In this document: positions 10,252-18,785 of the stretch, piece by piece
How the letters are laid out: each line of letters opens with the position of its first letter
Numbering within the stretch: position 1 is the stretch's first letter
Origin: Candidatus Pelagibacter ubique HTCC1062
Lineage (GTDB): Bacteria > Pseudomonadota > Alphaproteobacteria > Pelagibacterales > Pelagibacteraceae
Direction: 5' to 3'
DNA: 32,000 bases
NCBI RefSeq assembly: GCF_000012345.1
Contig: NC_007205.1
Span: 360,001-392,000, forward strand
Program-made: the position numbers and the translations under genes
Notes under the pieces: model-generated
Told to the model about the DNA's origin: nothing
The model's input: the letters and a program-made list of their open reading frames with translations, nothing else
Databases searched by the model: none

Positions 10252-11367
10252 ATGAGAAAAAAAACAATTATTAGAAAAAAACTTACATCATTTTTTGAAA
10301 CTGCAAAAAATTTAAAAAAAAAAAATAAACTAGATGCACAAAAAAGTGGACTAGATAATCTTTCAAGAACTTTTTTATCAAGTTTAATCATTATATCGAT
10401 TTTTTTTATAGCTCCATTAGCCATTAATCTTACAAAAGAAAAAATGATACTTTCTAAGGACTATGAAAATAACTCAAAGAATAATTTAAAAAAATTATTA
10501 GAAAACAAAACAACAAAACTAGATGAACAATTAAATAAAAAGTTTTTATATGAAGATGTTTTAACATTCGATGAACAGCCCTCAGATGCCATACTATTAA
10601 GTGCTGCAACAATTGAAGAACTTTTTAAATCAACAAATTATAATTTAAAAGATGTTAGAGAAAATAAATTAGTAAAGCCTATAAATTTAGATCTATTACC
10701 AAAAGAAATTGGAAAAATAGAAAATACTAAAAAAAGAAAAGAATTATTCATTCAGATAATTTTGCCTTTAGTCATTGATGAAAATAATAGTATTAAACTA
10801 GATAGAATAAAGCTCTTTAGTATTTTAAATAAAAGCAAAAATACAAAGACAGAACAAGAGTGGTTAAACATAAAATTTAAACAATATGGAGTTGTAAACA
10901 AAGATTTATCTACATTGAAAATTAGAATGGATGAAGTGCCCGTTTCAATGGCAATTGCACAAGCTGCAAAGGAAACTGGTTGGGGAACATCAAGGTTTGC
11001 TCAAGAGGGAAATGCATTGTTTGGTCAGTGGACGTGGAGTGGTGAAGGAATAAAACCGGCCGATGCAGAAGATGATAGTACACATAAAGTTATGAGATTT
11101 AAGGTTTTGCAGGCGTCCGTAAAAGCATATCAAAGAAATTTAAACACACACTCGTCTTATAAAGATTTTAGAAGTGCAAGAGCAGAATTGCGAGATGAAG
11201 GAAAAGAATTAGACAGCATGATTCTTACCGAATACTTAGATAAATATGCAGAGACAGGAAAAGAGTATGTTAAAATTTTACAACAAATTATTAGACAAAA
11301 TGATTTAACAGATTTTGATGATGCGAAGTTATTACCATCTAGCAAAGATTTAGAAAGTTTAATTTAA
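10252..11367 (+). CDS. Bax-like protein with a C-terminal N-acetylglucosaminidase (FlgJ/mannosyl-glycoprotein endo-beta-GlcNAcase) domain
   Basis: 371 aa with a basic N-terminus and one TM segment (FLSSLIIISIFFIAPLAINL). The glucosaminidase motif is PVSMAIAQAAKETGWGTSRFAQEGNALFGQW. Confidence 0.75.
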   Translation: MRKKTIIRKKLTSFFETAKNLKKKNKLDAQKSGLDNLSRTFLSSLIIISIFFIAPLAINLTKEKMILSKDYENNSKNNLKKLLENKTTKLDEQLNKKFLYEDVLTFDEQPSDAILLSAATIEELFKSTNYNLKDVRENKLVKPINLDLLPKEIGKIENTKKRKELFIQIILPLVIDENNSIKLDRIKLFSILNKSKNTKTEQEWLNIKFKQYGVVNKDLSTLKIRMDEVPVSMAIAQAAKETGWGTSRFAQEGNALFGQWTWSGEGIKPADAEDDSTHKVMRFKVLQASVKAYQRNLNTHSSYKDFRSARAELRDEGKELDSMILTEYLDKYAETGKEYVKILQQIIRQNDLTDFDDAKLLPSSKDLESLI

Positions 11368-12422
11368 TTTTGATTCACTGAAAATTGAACGCCGAACCAT
11401 CTCCATATTCCATCATCATTAAGTGAACAATTAACTCTACCTCTTCTGAATGTGAATTTTTCTCTAAAATTTATGTTTAGTATATTTTTATTAAAAGTAA
11501 TATTTGACTTATCCCATCCACTACCCTCATCAGAGAAACAATTAATATTTTCTATATTTTTTTGATTTTCAAAAAATTCAACAGATAGTTTTGGTGGATT
11601 GTTATTGATAATATACTTGTCTTTAGGGTTTAAAGATTTGTATGGAAGTGGGCCAAGATTAATTAAAAATTTGAATCTTTCTAAGTCACCATATTTTTCA
11701 TTAATTGGGAATCTGGGTAATTCATGAGGATCTTTATTAATATCAATAACACCAGAATGTTGTCCAAAAGCAAAATCAAAATTTTTGGAAATAAAATCTT
11801 TAATAGTTTTGCTATACTCACCAAATGGGTATGAAAAAAAAATTGGGTTATAGCCTAAGTTCTGATTAAAAATTTCAATTGAAGCATTAATATCAGCCAA
11901 AAAATTTTTTGTTTCTAGATCAACCAGGTAATTATGAGAATGTGAATGATTGCCAATGTAAGCATATGGCTCTTTTTCTACTTCTTGTATTTGTTGCCAA
12001 CTCATATAGCCAGTTTTACCTACGGTTTCAGTTGAAACAAATAAAATAAAAGGAATTTTCTCTCTTTTCAAATATGGCCACGCAATTTTATAAAATGATA
12101 AGAAAGCATCATCTACAGTGATAAGTATTTCTTTTTTATTTTTTGGAAAATTAAATTCTTTTTGTAAATATTGTGGATCAAAAAATTTATAATTTGAGGT
12201 ATTGATTATAGACATTTGTTCTTTGAAAATATCCATTTGTATATTTGTTGAAGGATACTTATTTTCATCAAATCGGTGATACATCAAAGAAAGAATGCCA
12301 CTATCTTCAGAATAATATTTGATATTATTTTCTTCTGCTTTAGAATTGATAGCAAATAACATTATTATAATGAAAAATTTAATAGTAGATGCCACAAGAG
12401 ATAAAATTTTTTTAACACTCAT
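11364..12422 (-). CDS. Secreted polysaccharide deacetylase (NodB homology domain) with an uncharacterised ~100-aa C-terminal extension
   Basis: 352 aa with signal peptide MSVKKILSLVASTIKFFIIIMLFAINSKA. NodB motifs are present: LMYHRF, ILITVDDAF, MSWQQIQE, IGNHSHSH. An alternative start at 12362 (Met21) would remove the signal peptide. Confidence 0.8.
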   Translation of the reverse strand: MSVKKILSLVASTIKFFIIIMLFAINSKAEENNIKYYSEDSGILSLMYHRFDENKYPSTNIQMDIFKEQMSIINTSNYKFFDPQYLQKEFNFPKNKKEILITVDDAFLSFYKIAWPYLKREKIPFILFVSTETVGKTGYMSWQQIQEVEKEPYAYIGNHSHSHNYLVDLETKNFLADINASIEIFNQNLGYNPIFFSYPFGEYSKTIKDFISKNFDFAFGQHSGVIDINKDPHELPRFPINEKYGDLERFKFLINLGPLPYKSLNPKDKYIINNNPPKLSVEFFENQKNIENINCFSDEGSGWDKSNITFNKNILNINFREKFTFRRGRVNCSLNDDGIWRWFGVQFSVNQN

Positions 12423-12756
12423 AGTTAGTGAAAATATTTATACTTGTACTCATGAAAATAGTAAAATTAATTTTGAAAAATTAATGATCTTAATTAATGA
12501 TTTTTTAAAGGTAAATTCCTCTACTTTAGATCAAATTAATATTATTTATGTTAACAGAGGACCTGGCAGTTTTGCAGGAATTAGAAATTCATTAGCGACG
12601 ATTAAAGCTTTATTTCTAACAAAAAAAATCAATTATTATTGTTTTAGTTTTGAAGATTTTAAAGGATTTAAAGAAGTTAAGTATGAAGAAGTCCCTAGTT
12701 TATGTGAAAAATTTAAAATTAAAAAGAATTTGATTAATCCTATTTATTTAAGTTAA
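12370..12756 (+). CDS. tsaB: Shortened tRNA t6A biosynthesis protein TsaB (YeaZ-like), 128 aa
   Basis: The start was moved from the ORF-track 12319 to the Met at 12370. MKNLIVDATRDKIFLTL aligns with the TsaB N-terminus (E. coli MRILAIDTATEACSVAL). The signature is RGPGSFAGIRNSLATIKAL (E. coli [20 protein letters not shown]). The C-terminal INPIYLS resembles the E. coli terminal motif AEPVYLR. The position immediately upstream of fur-miaB is as in other alphaproteobacteria. Confidence 0.7.
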   Translation: MKNLIVDATRDKIFLTLIVSENIYTCTHENSKINFEKLMILINDFLKVNSSTLDQINIIYVNRGPGSFAGIRNSLATIKALFLTKKINYYCFSFEDFKGFKEVKYEEVPSLCEKFKIKKNLINPIYLS

Positions 12757-12765
12757 AATTAAAAA

Positions 12766-13176
12766 ATGTCAGAAAATATTGAACAAAAATGTTTAGCTAA
12801 AGGAGTTAAACTAACGGATCAAAGAAAAATTATCGCAAAAGTAATGTCAGAGTCTAATGACCATCCAGATGTAGATGAACTATATAATAGAGTTTCAAAG
12901 ATTGATCCAAAAATAAGTATTGCCACAGTATATAGAACAGTAAAACTTTTTGAGGAGTCTGGAATTTTAGCTAAACATGATTTTAAAGGAGGCAAAGCTA
13001 GATACGAGGAATTAAATGAAGGACATCATGATCATTTAATTGATGTTAAATCAGGAGAAATTATTGAATTTGTGGATGAAGAGATAGAAAAGCTACAAGA
13101 AAAAATTGCTGATAAATACGGTTATCGATTGGTTGATCACAAATTAGAATTATATGGGGTTAAAAAAAAATCCTAA
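12766..13176 (+). CDS. fur: Fur-family metalloregulator of the alphaproteobacterial Fur/Mur type
   Basis: 136 aa with the winged-helix segment LTDQRKIIAKVM...SIATVYRTVKLFEESGIL and metal-site motif HHDHLIDVKSGEIIEF...LVDHKLELYG. It has no CxxC pairs, as I recall for rhizobial Mur/Fur. Confidence 0.85.
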   Translation: MSENIEQKCLAKGVKLTDQRKIIAKVMSESNDHPDVDELYNRVSKIDPKISIATVYRTVKLFEESGILAKHDFKGGKARYEELNEGHHDHLIDVKSGEIIEFVDEEIEKLQEKIADKYGYRLVDHKLELYGVKKKS

Positions 13177-13180
13177 CACA

Positions 13181-14521
13181 ATGTTAAAAAAAATTTTTAT
13201 TAAAACTTTTGGTTGTCAAATGAATGAATACGATTCAAATCGTATATTTGATACTGTAAAAAAAATAGGCTTTGAAAAAACTGAAAAATATGAGGATGCA
13301 AATTGTTATCTTTTAAACACCTGTCATATTCGTGATAAAGCAAAAGAAAAAGTTTACCATGAAATAGGAAGAGTCAAAAAAATTTTTAGAGAGAAAAAAA
13401 AACCAATTGTAGTTGTTGCTGGTTGTGTTGCTCAAGCTGAAAATCAAGAAATGTTAAAAAGAGAACCTTATATTGATATTGTAATTGGTCCACAGTCTTA
13501 CCATAAAATAAATGAGGCAATATTAAATCATTTAAAAAACAAAAAAAAAGAGGAAGAAACAGAATTTGATACAATTTCTAAATTTAATTATTTAAGTCAG
13601 ATTAAAAATAAAGACAGTAAAGTCTCTTCATTTTTAACAATCCAAGAAGGTTGTGATAAATTCTGTCATTTTTGTGTAGTGCCTTATACTCGTGGACCAG
13701 AATACTCCAGACCTTTTGACCAAATCATAAATGAAGCAAAAGAATTGGTTCAAAGTGGTGCAAAAGAAATTATCTTGTTAGGTCAAAATGTAAACGCATA
13801 CAGTTATGATGAGGAAGGTAAAAAATATAGACTATCAGATTTGTTAATCAAGCTTGATAGCTTTGATAAACTTGAAAGAATTCGATACACAACATCTCAT
13901 CCCAAGGATATGACAGATGATTTGATTAATGTTTATAAGACATCATCTAAACTGATGCCCCTTGTACATTTACCAGTACAAAGTGGATCAAATAAAATTT
14001 TAAATCTAATGAATAGAAAACACACCATTGAAGAATACCTGCTAGTTTATGAAAAATTAAGGAAGATTAACCCAAAAATTGAGTTTTCTAGTGATTTTAT
14101 TATTGGATACCCAGAAGAAGATGAGCAAGATTTTAAAATGACAATGGAACTAATTGAAAAAGTAAAATTTATCAACTCTTATTCGTTTATTTTTAGCCCA
14201 AGACCAGGAACCGTTGCTGCAAATTTAACACTCGTGGATCAAAAAAAATCTAAACAAAGATTAGAGATAATTCAGGAGAAATTATTTAATAACCAAATAA
14301 AAAAAAATAAATCTTTAGAAAATAAAATTTTAAATGTTCTAGTAGAAAATAAAATGAAAGATGGGATTAAGTTATTTGGAAGAACAGAATATATGACATC
14401 AGTAATTTTTGATGGCAATATAGAAAATATTGGAAAACTTGTGCAGGTCGAAATAATAAGTAGTAATCAAAATAGTCTTTTTGGAAAATTAACTGAAAGC
14501 TCTAAAAAAAAGGTAGCTTAA
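13181..14521 (+). CDS. miaB: tRNA-2-methylthio-N6-dimethylallyladenosine synthase MiaB
   Basis: The start was chosen at 13181 (MLKKIFIKTFGCQMNEYDS), 4 nt after the fur stop; the ORF-track start 13154 would overlap fur. The radical-SAM motif is EGCDKFCHFCVVPYTRG, and a TRAM domain is present at the C-terminus. Confidence 0.93.
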   Translation: MLKKIFIKTFGCQMNEYDSNRIFDTVKKIGFEKTEKYEDANCYLLNTCHIRDKAKEKVYHEIGRVKKIFREKKKPIVVVAGCVAQAENQEMLKREPYIDIVIGPQSYHKINEAILNHLKNKKKEEETEFDTISKFNYLSQIKNKDSKVSSFLTIQEGCDKFCHFCVVPYTRGPEYSRPFDQIINEAKELVQSGAKEIILLGQNVNAYSYDEEGKKYRLSDLLIKLDSFDKLERIRYTTSHPKDMTDDLINVYKTSSKLMPLVHLPVQSGSNKILNLMNRKHTIEEYLLVYEKLRKINPKIEFSSDFIIGYPEEDEQDFKMTMELIEKVKFINSYSFIFSPRPGTVAANLTLVDQKKSKQRLEIIQEKLFNNQIKKNKSLENKILNVLVENKMKDGIKLFGRTEYMTSVIFDGNIENIGKLVQVEIISSNQNSLFGKLTESSKKKVA

Positions 14522-14523
14522 AA

Positions 14524-15525
14524 TTGAATAATACAGTTTCAAAAAAAATTAATTCAACATTAAAATTTGTATACTCTGATAATAACTCTTTAAGCGTTAT
14601 CTTTCATGATAATGATTTATTAATGGGAGTTGTTGGTGAGTTTAATGAAAATTTAAAAGAACTTGAAAAAATTACTAATACAAATCTTTATTCAAGGGGA
14701 AATTCTATTTTAATAAAATCAACCCCAGAACAAAATGAAATTACAAAAAATGCTATTCAATTTCTTGCAAATCAATTTATTAACAATGGCAGTATTGAGA
14801 AAAAAGATATAATCTCATCTATAGATAAATTTATGATTGAAGAAAAAGTAAAAAATCAAAATGTTTCTGATATAATTAAAACACCAAAAAAATCTGTTAT
14901 CCCTAGATCAGAGAGACAAAAAGAATATGTTAGAGCTTTAAGACAAAGTGATATTGTCATATCTGCAGGACCTGCAGGGACAGGTAAAACTTTTTTAGCA
15001 GTAGCAGTTGGATTAACTATGTTGCTTGATAAAAAAATTGAAAGAATTATTCTATCAAGACCAGCAGTAGAAGCTGGTGAGAGACTTGGTTTTTTACCAG
15101 GAGATATGAAGGAGAAAGTAGATCCTTATTTAAGGCCTCTATATGATTCTCTCTATGATTTATTTGATTTCGAAAAAATACAGAGAATGATTGAAATTGG
15201 TGATATTGAAATAGCACCACTTGCTTTCATGAGAGGAAGAACGTTAAAGAATTCTTTTGCAATTTTAGATGAAGCCCAAAATGCAACAGATACTCAAATT
15301 AAGATGTTTTTAACACGTATAGGTGAGAATTCTAAAATTGTTATAAATGGTGATCCTTCTCAAATAGATCTTCCAAATAAAAACATGTCAGGCCTAAGTA
15401 GATCTAAGAAATTACTTGGGCACTTAAAAGAAATTTCTGTTGTAGATTTTGATCATTCAGATGTGGTGAGACATCCTTTGGTATCTAAGATTGTAAAAGC
15501 GTACTCTGACCAAGAAAATGATTAA
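14524..15525 (+). CDS. phoH: PhoH-like ATPase (YbeZ)
   Basis: 333 aa with a TTG start 2 nt after the miaB stop. It has Walker A GPAGTGKTFLAV, Walker B FAILDEAQN, and INGDPSQIDLP. Confidence 0.9.
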   Translation: MNNTVSKKINSTLKFVYSDNNSLSVIFHDNDLLMGVVGEFNENLKELEKITNTNLYSRGNSILIKSTPEQNEITKNAIQFLANQFINNGSIEKKDIISSIDKFMIEEKVKNQNVSDIIKTPKKSVIPRSERQKEYVRALRQSDIVISAGPAGTGKTFLAVAVGLTMLLDKKIERIILSRPAVEAGERLGFLPGDMKEKVDPYLRPLYDSLYDLFDFEKIQRMIEIGDIEIAPLAFMRGRTLKNSFAILDEAQNATDTQIKMFLTRIGENSKIVINGDPSQIDLPNKNMSGLSRSKKLLGHLKEISVVDFDHSDVVRHPLVSKIVKAYSDQEND

Positions 15526-15979
15526 AATTGATGTAGTTTCGGAGTGCACTCTCTGGAGCAAAAAAATCAAAAGAAATAAAACTTTTTTTAATTCTATTCT
15601 AAAATTTTTTCCAAAAAAATATAAATTTATTGGTAAAAAAATAAATCTAACAATTTTACTTTCAAATAATAAGAATATTAAAAAGCTTAATAAAGATTTT
15701 AGAAATAAAAATAAACCTACAGATGTATTATCATTTCCATTTGAGAAAAAATTTAACCCAAAAAAATCAAATTATCTTGGTGATATAGTAATTAGCTATG
15801 AGTTTATGAATAAACCAAAAAATATAAGCATTTTAGAGTTTAAACAAAAAGTCGTTAAAATTTTTATTCATGGATTTCTTCATTTATTAGGACACGATCA
15901 TATAAAACTAAAAGATTTTAAAAAAATGATTAAAGAAGAAGATTTAATTTATAAATTCATCAAAACAAAAGTTGCTTAA
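15518..15979 (+). CDS. ybeY: rRNA maturation endoribonuclease YbeY
   Basis: 153 aa with the zinc motif HGFLHLLGHDH. It has an 8-nt overlap with phoH. Confidence 0.92.
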   Translation: MIKIDVVSECTLWSKKIKRNKTFFNSILKFFPKKYKFIGKKINLTILLSNNKNIKKLNKDFRNKNKPTDVLSFPFEKKFNPKKSNYLGDIVISYEFMNKPKNISILEFKQKVVKIFIHGFLHLLGHDHIKLKDFKKMIKEEDLIYKFIKTKVA

Positions 15980-17525
15980 CTTGCTTAAAAAAAATTTTTT
16001 AAACATATTATATGTATTTTTTTTAGGTGCTATCAGCTCTTACAGCTTGCCACCTTATAATTATTTTATAATTAATTTTTTTACTTTTTCGTTATTTTTT
16101 ATTTTTCTTTTTACACAAAAAAAAAATAATCCAAATAATAAATCTTTCTTTAAATATGGATGGTTTTTTGGTTTTGGTTATTTTTTATGTAGTTTATATT
16201 GGATTGCAATTTCCTTAACTTTTGATGAAAGCTTTAAATTTTTAATACCAATAGCTATAGTTTTATTTCCTGCTTTTCTTGCAATATTTTATGGATTAAT
16301 AACTTATTTGTTTTCTGTTTTTTATTCTAGAGATGTTGTTAGTACATTTTTTATTTTTTCAATTTTATTTGGATCTATTGAATTTATTAGAGGGTCCATT
16401 CTTACTGGTTTTCCATGGAATTTAATTGCTTTTAGTTTTTCAGAAAGTATTTATTTTATTCAAATTCTTTCAGTAATTGGGACTTATTCTTTCAATTTAA
16501 TTTGTATATCTTTGTTTACTGTTCCAGCTGTATTTATCTTAAGAAAAACCAGAAAAGAAATTATTGTCTGTTTTTTCTTTATAATAATTTCTGTAGGTTT
16601 TTTAGTTTTTGGCAATTTAAAATATAATCAATTTAATACTACAGCTGATATTAAAAATAATTTTACAATAAGAGCCGTATCACCCAATATTAGTTTAGAC
16701 CGATTTTATTCAAAGCAGGATGAATTAAAGATAATACAAGAACTAATTACCTTGAGTAGTCCAGAAAAAAAAGAGCCAATGATTTTTTTATGGCCTGAAG
16801 GAATTATTCCAGACAGTTATTTAAGAGATATGGATATATATAAGGAATTATTTTCAAATAGTTTTTCGAGTGATGATTTAATTATCATGGGTCTAAATAG
16901 TGTAAAAACTAAAAATAATGAAAATTTATTTTTTAATTCAATGGCGATTTTTAACAATAAATTGGATTTAATTCATAGTTATAACAAAAATAATTTAGTG
17001 CCATTTGGAGAGTTTACTCCATTTGAATCAGTACTTAGTTTAATAGGACTTAAAACAGTAACCAATGATTACCAATCTTTTTCAAAAGGTGAGAACCAAA
17101 AAGCACTTTTAATAAAAAATGACAAGATAGAATTAAAATTACTTCCCTTAATTTGTTATGAAATTATTTATTCAAATAGATTATTTAAAGACAAAAACTT
17201 TGATTATATAATTAATATTTCAGAAGATGGGTGGTTTGGAAATTCTATTGGCCCAAAACAACATTTTGCACACAGTATCTTTAGATCAATTGAAAGTGGA
17301 AAATATGTAATTAGATCAGCAAACAATGGAATATCTGCCATTGTTAATCCAATAGGTATTATAGAAAAAAAAGTTGAGTTTGGCACTATTGGATATGTTG
17401 ATTTTAAAGAGAGTAAAATCCTTAAATCAACACCTTATATGAATTATGGGGATAAGATATTTTTTATACTTATTTTATTATATATTTTTTTAATTTTTTC
17501 ATTTAAGAAAATTATAGATGAGTAA
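15972..17525 (+). CDS. lnt: Apolipoprotein N-acyltransferase Lnt
   Basis: 517 aa with a polytopic N-terminal half and a CN-hydrolase domain (WPEG, NSM, catalytic Cys in [10 protein letters not shown], and NISEDGWFG). It uses a TTG start (15972 or 15981); there is no in-frame ATG near the N-terminus. Confidence 0.9.
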   Translation: MLNLLKKNFLNILYVFFLGAISSYSLPPYNYFIINFFTFSLFFIFLFTQKKNNPNNKSFFKYGWFFGFGYFLCSLYWIAISLTFDESFKFLIPIAIVLFPAFLAIFYGLITYLFSVFYSRDVVSTFFIFSILFGSIEFIRGSILTGFPWNLIAFSFSESIYFIQILSVIGTYSFNLICISLFTVPAVFILRKTRKEIIVCFFFIIISVGFLVFGNLKYNQFNTTADIKNNFTIRAVSPNISLDRFYSKQDELKIIQELITLSSPEKKEPMIFLWPEGIIPDSYLRDMDIYKELFSNSFSSDDLIIMGLNSVKTKNNENLFFNSMAIFNNKLDLIHSYNKNNLVPFGEFTPFESVLSLIGLKTVTNDYQSFSKGENQKALLIKNDKIELKLLPLICYEIIYSNRLFKDKNFDYIINISEDGWFGNSIGPKQHFAHSIFRSIESGKYVIRSANNGISAIVNPIGIIEKKVEFGTIGYVDFKESKILKSTPYMNYGDKIFFILILLYIFLIFSFKKIIDE

Positions 17526-18687
17526 TTTAAAAAATTTTTTATTTACAAGCGAGTCTGTTTCTGAAGGACATCCGGATAAAGTGTCAGATCGTATTTCTGA
17601 TATGGTTGTGGATAGCTTTCTTTCAGGTGATCCTTTTTCAAGAGTAGCATGTGAAACTTTAACCACTACAAATAAAGTTGTTTTAGCTGGAGAAGTAAGA
17701 GGACCGAGCATCAAAGAAGAAGATCTTATTCAAAAAGTAAGAGAATGCATCAAGGATATTGGGTACGATCAAGATGGTTTTACTTGGAGAGAAGCTACAA
17801 AAATAGAAAGCCATCTTCATGCACAATCTGCTGATATAGCCATGGGTGTGGACTCATCAAGTAATAAAGATGAGGGAGCGGGTGACCAAGGAATAATGTT
17901 TGGTTATGCTTGTAACGAAACTGAAGAATTAATGCCAGCACCAATTCATTATTCTCATAAGATTTTGAGATTAATGGCGGAGGATCGAAAATCTGGAAAA
18001 TTAAAAAATATTGAGCCAGATTCAAAAAGTCAAGTCACGTTTGAGTATGTGGATGGAAAACCAACCAAAGTAAAATCAGTTGTTATATCCTCACAGCACT
18101 CAGCAGATGTAGATCAAGCTAAAGTTAGAGAATTATTAAAACCTTATTTATTAAAATCAATTCCAGAAAAGTTTTTGAAAGATTTTAATGAAGAAGAATT
18201 ATATATAAACCCAACCGGAAATTTTGTAATTGGTGGCCCAGATGGGGATTGTGGCTTAACAGGTAGAAAAATTATTGTAGATACTTATGGTGGAGCAGCA
18301 CCTCATGGTGGAGGAGCTTTCTCCGGTAAAGATCCAACTAAAGTTGATAGATCAGCTGCTTATGCAGCAAGATATATTGCTAAAAATATTGTTGCTTCTA
18401 ACATTGCTGAAAAATGTTTAATTCAATTAGCATACGCAATTGGAGTTTCTAAACCTTTATCAATTTATGTAGATTTATTTGATAATGATTTAGAAAAAAA
18501 TAAATTTGTAACAGAAAAGATCTCAGAAAATTTTGATTTAAGCCCAAGAGGTATAAGAGAAATGCTTGGCCTAAATAAACCTATTTATGAAAAAACAGCA
18601 GCTTATGGTCATTTTGGAAGAGTGCCTGAAGCTAACGGCTCATTTTCATGGGAAAAAACTGATAAAAAAGACGTTTTTTCTAAATAG
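17518..18687 (+). CDS. metK: S-adenosylmethionine synthetase
   Basis: 389 aa with motifs [51 protein letters not shown] and [19 protein letters not shown]. It has an 8-nt ATGAGTAA overlap with the lnt stop. Confidence 0.96.
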   Translation: MSNLKNFLFTSESVSEGHPDKVSDRISDMVVDSFLSGDPFSRVACETLTTTNKVVLAGEVRGPSIKEEDLIQKVRECIKDIGYDQDGFTWREATKIESHLHAQSADIAMGVDSSSNKDEGAGDQGIMFGYACNETEELMPAPIHYSHKILRLMAEDRKSGKLKNIEPDSKSQVTFEYVDGKPTKVKSVVISSQHSADVDQAKVRELLKPYLLKSIPEKFLKDFNEEELYINPTGNFVIGGPDGDCGLTGRKIIVDTYGGAAPHGGGAFSGKDPTKVDRSAAYAARYIAKNIVASNIAEKCLIQLAYAIGVSKPLSIYVDLFDNDLEKNKFVTEKISENFDLSPRGIREMLGLNKPIYEKTAAYGHFGRVPEANGSFSWEKTDKKDVFSK

Positions 18688-18745
18688 TTGCTATTGAATT
18701 AAAAAAAAATCTTTATATATTGCCCTTACATTATTGAAATTACAG

Positions 18746-18770
18746 AATGGGCTTTAGCCCATTTTTTTTT
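18746..18770 (+). terminator. Rho-independent terminator downstream of metK and 15 nt upstream of nusA
   Basis: AATGGGCT (18746-18753), loop TT, AGCCCATT (18756-18763) form a perfect 8-bp stem. A run of seven more T follows (18764-18770), and then the GGAG Shine-Dalgarno of nusA. Confidence 0.8.
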
Positions 18771-18785
18771 GGAGCTAATAAACTT

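Noticed and set aside
10314-10325. An A12 homopolymer early in the Bax-like gene (also A10 at 16117-16126 in lnt), as potential slipped-strand phase-variation sites.
   Set aside because: The runs encode in-frame lysine/asparagine stretches typical of this AT-rich proteome. There is no evidence of frame disruption, and homopolymers of this kind are scattered through housekeeping genes in the window.
13154-13180. Upstream start for miaB overlapping the end of fur.
   Set aside because: The conserved MiaB N-terminus (KIFIKTFGCQMN) begins right after the Met at 13181, which sits 4 nt past the fur stop. The extension adds only 9 unconserved residues.
17400-17525. Possible SAM riboswitch upstream of metK (SAM-II/SAM-V elements are known in SAR11).
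   Set aside because: metK overlaps the lnt stop by 8 nt, so there is no leader. The upstream sequence is lnt coding sequence.
18747-18785. A 13-codon N-terminal extension of nusA (MGFSPFFFGANKL).
   Set aside because: It is a translation of the terminator stem and T-run (FFF from TTTTTTTTT). The GGAG Shine-Dalgarno lies inside it, and NusA homology starts at 18786.
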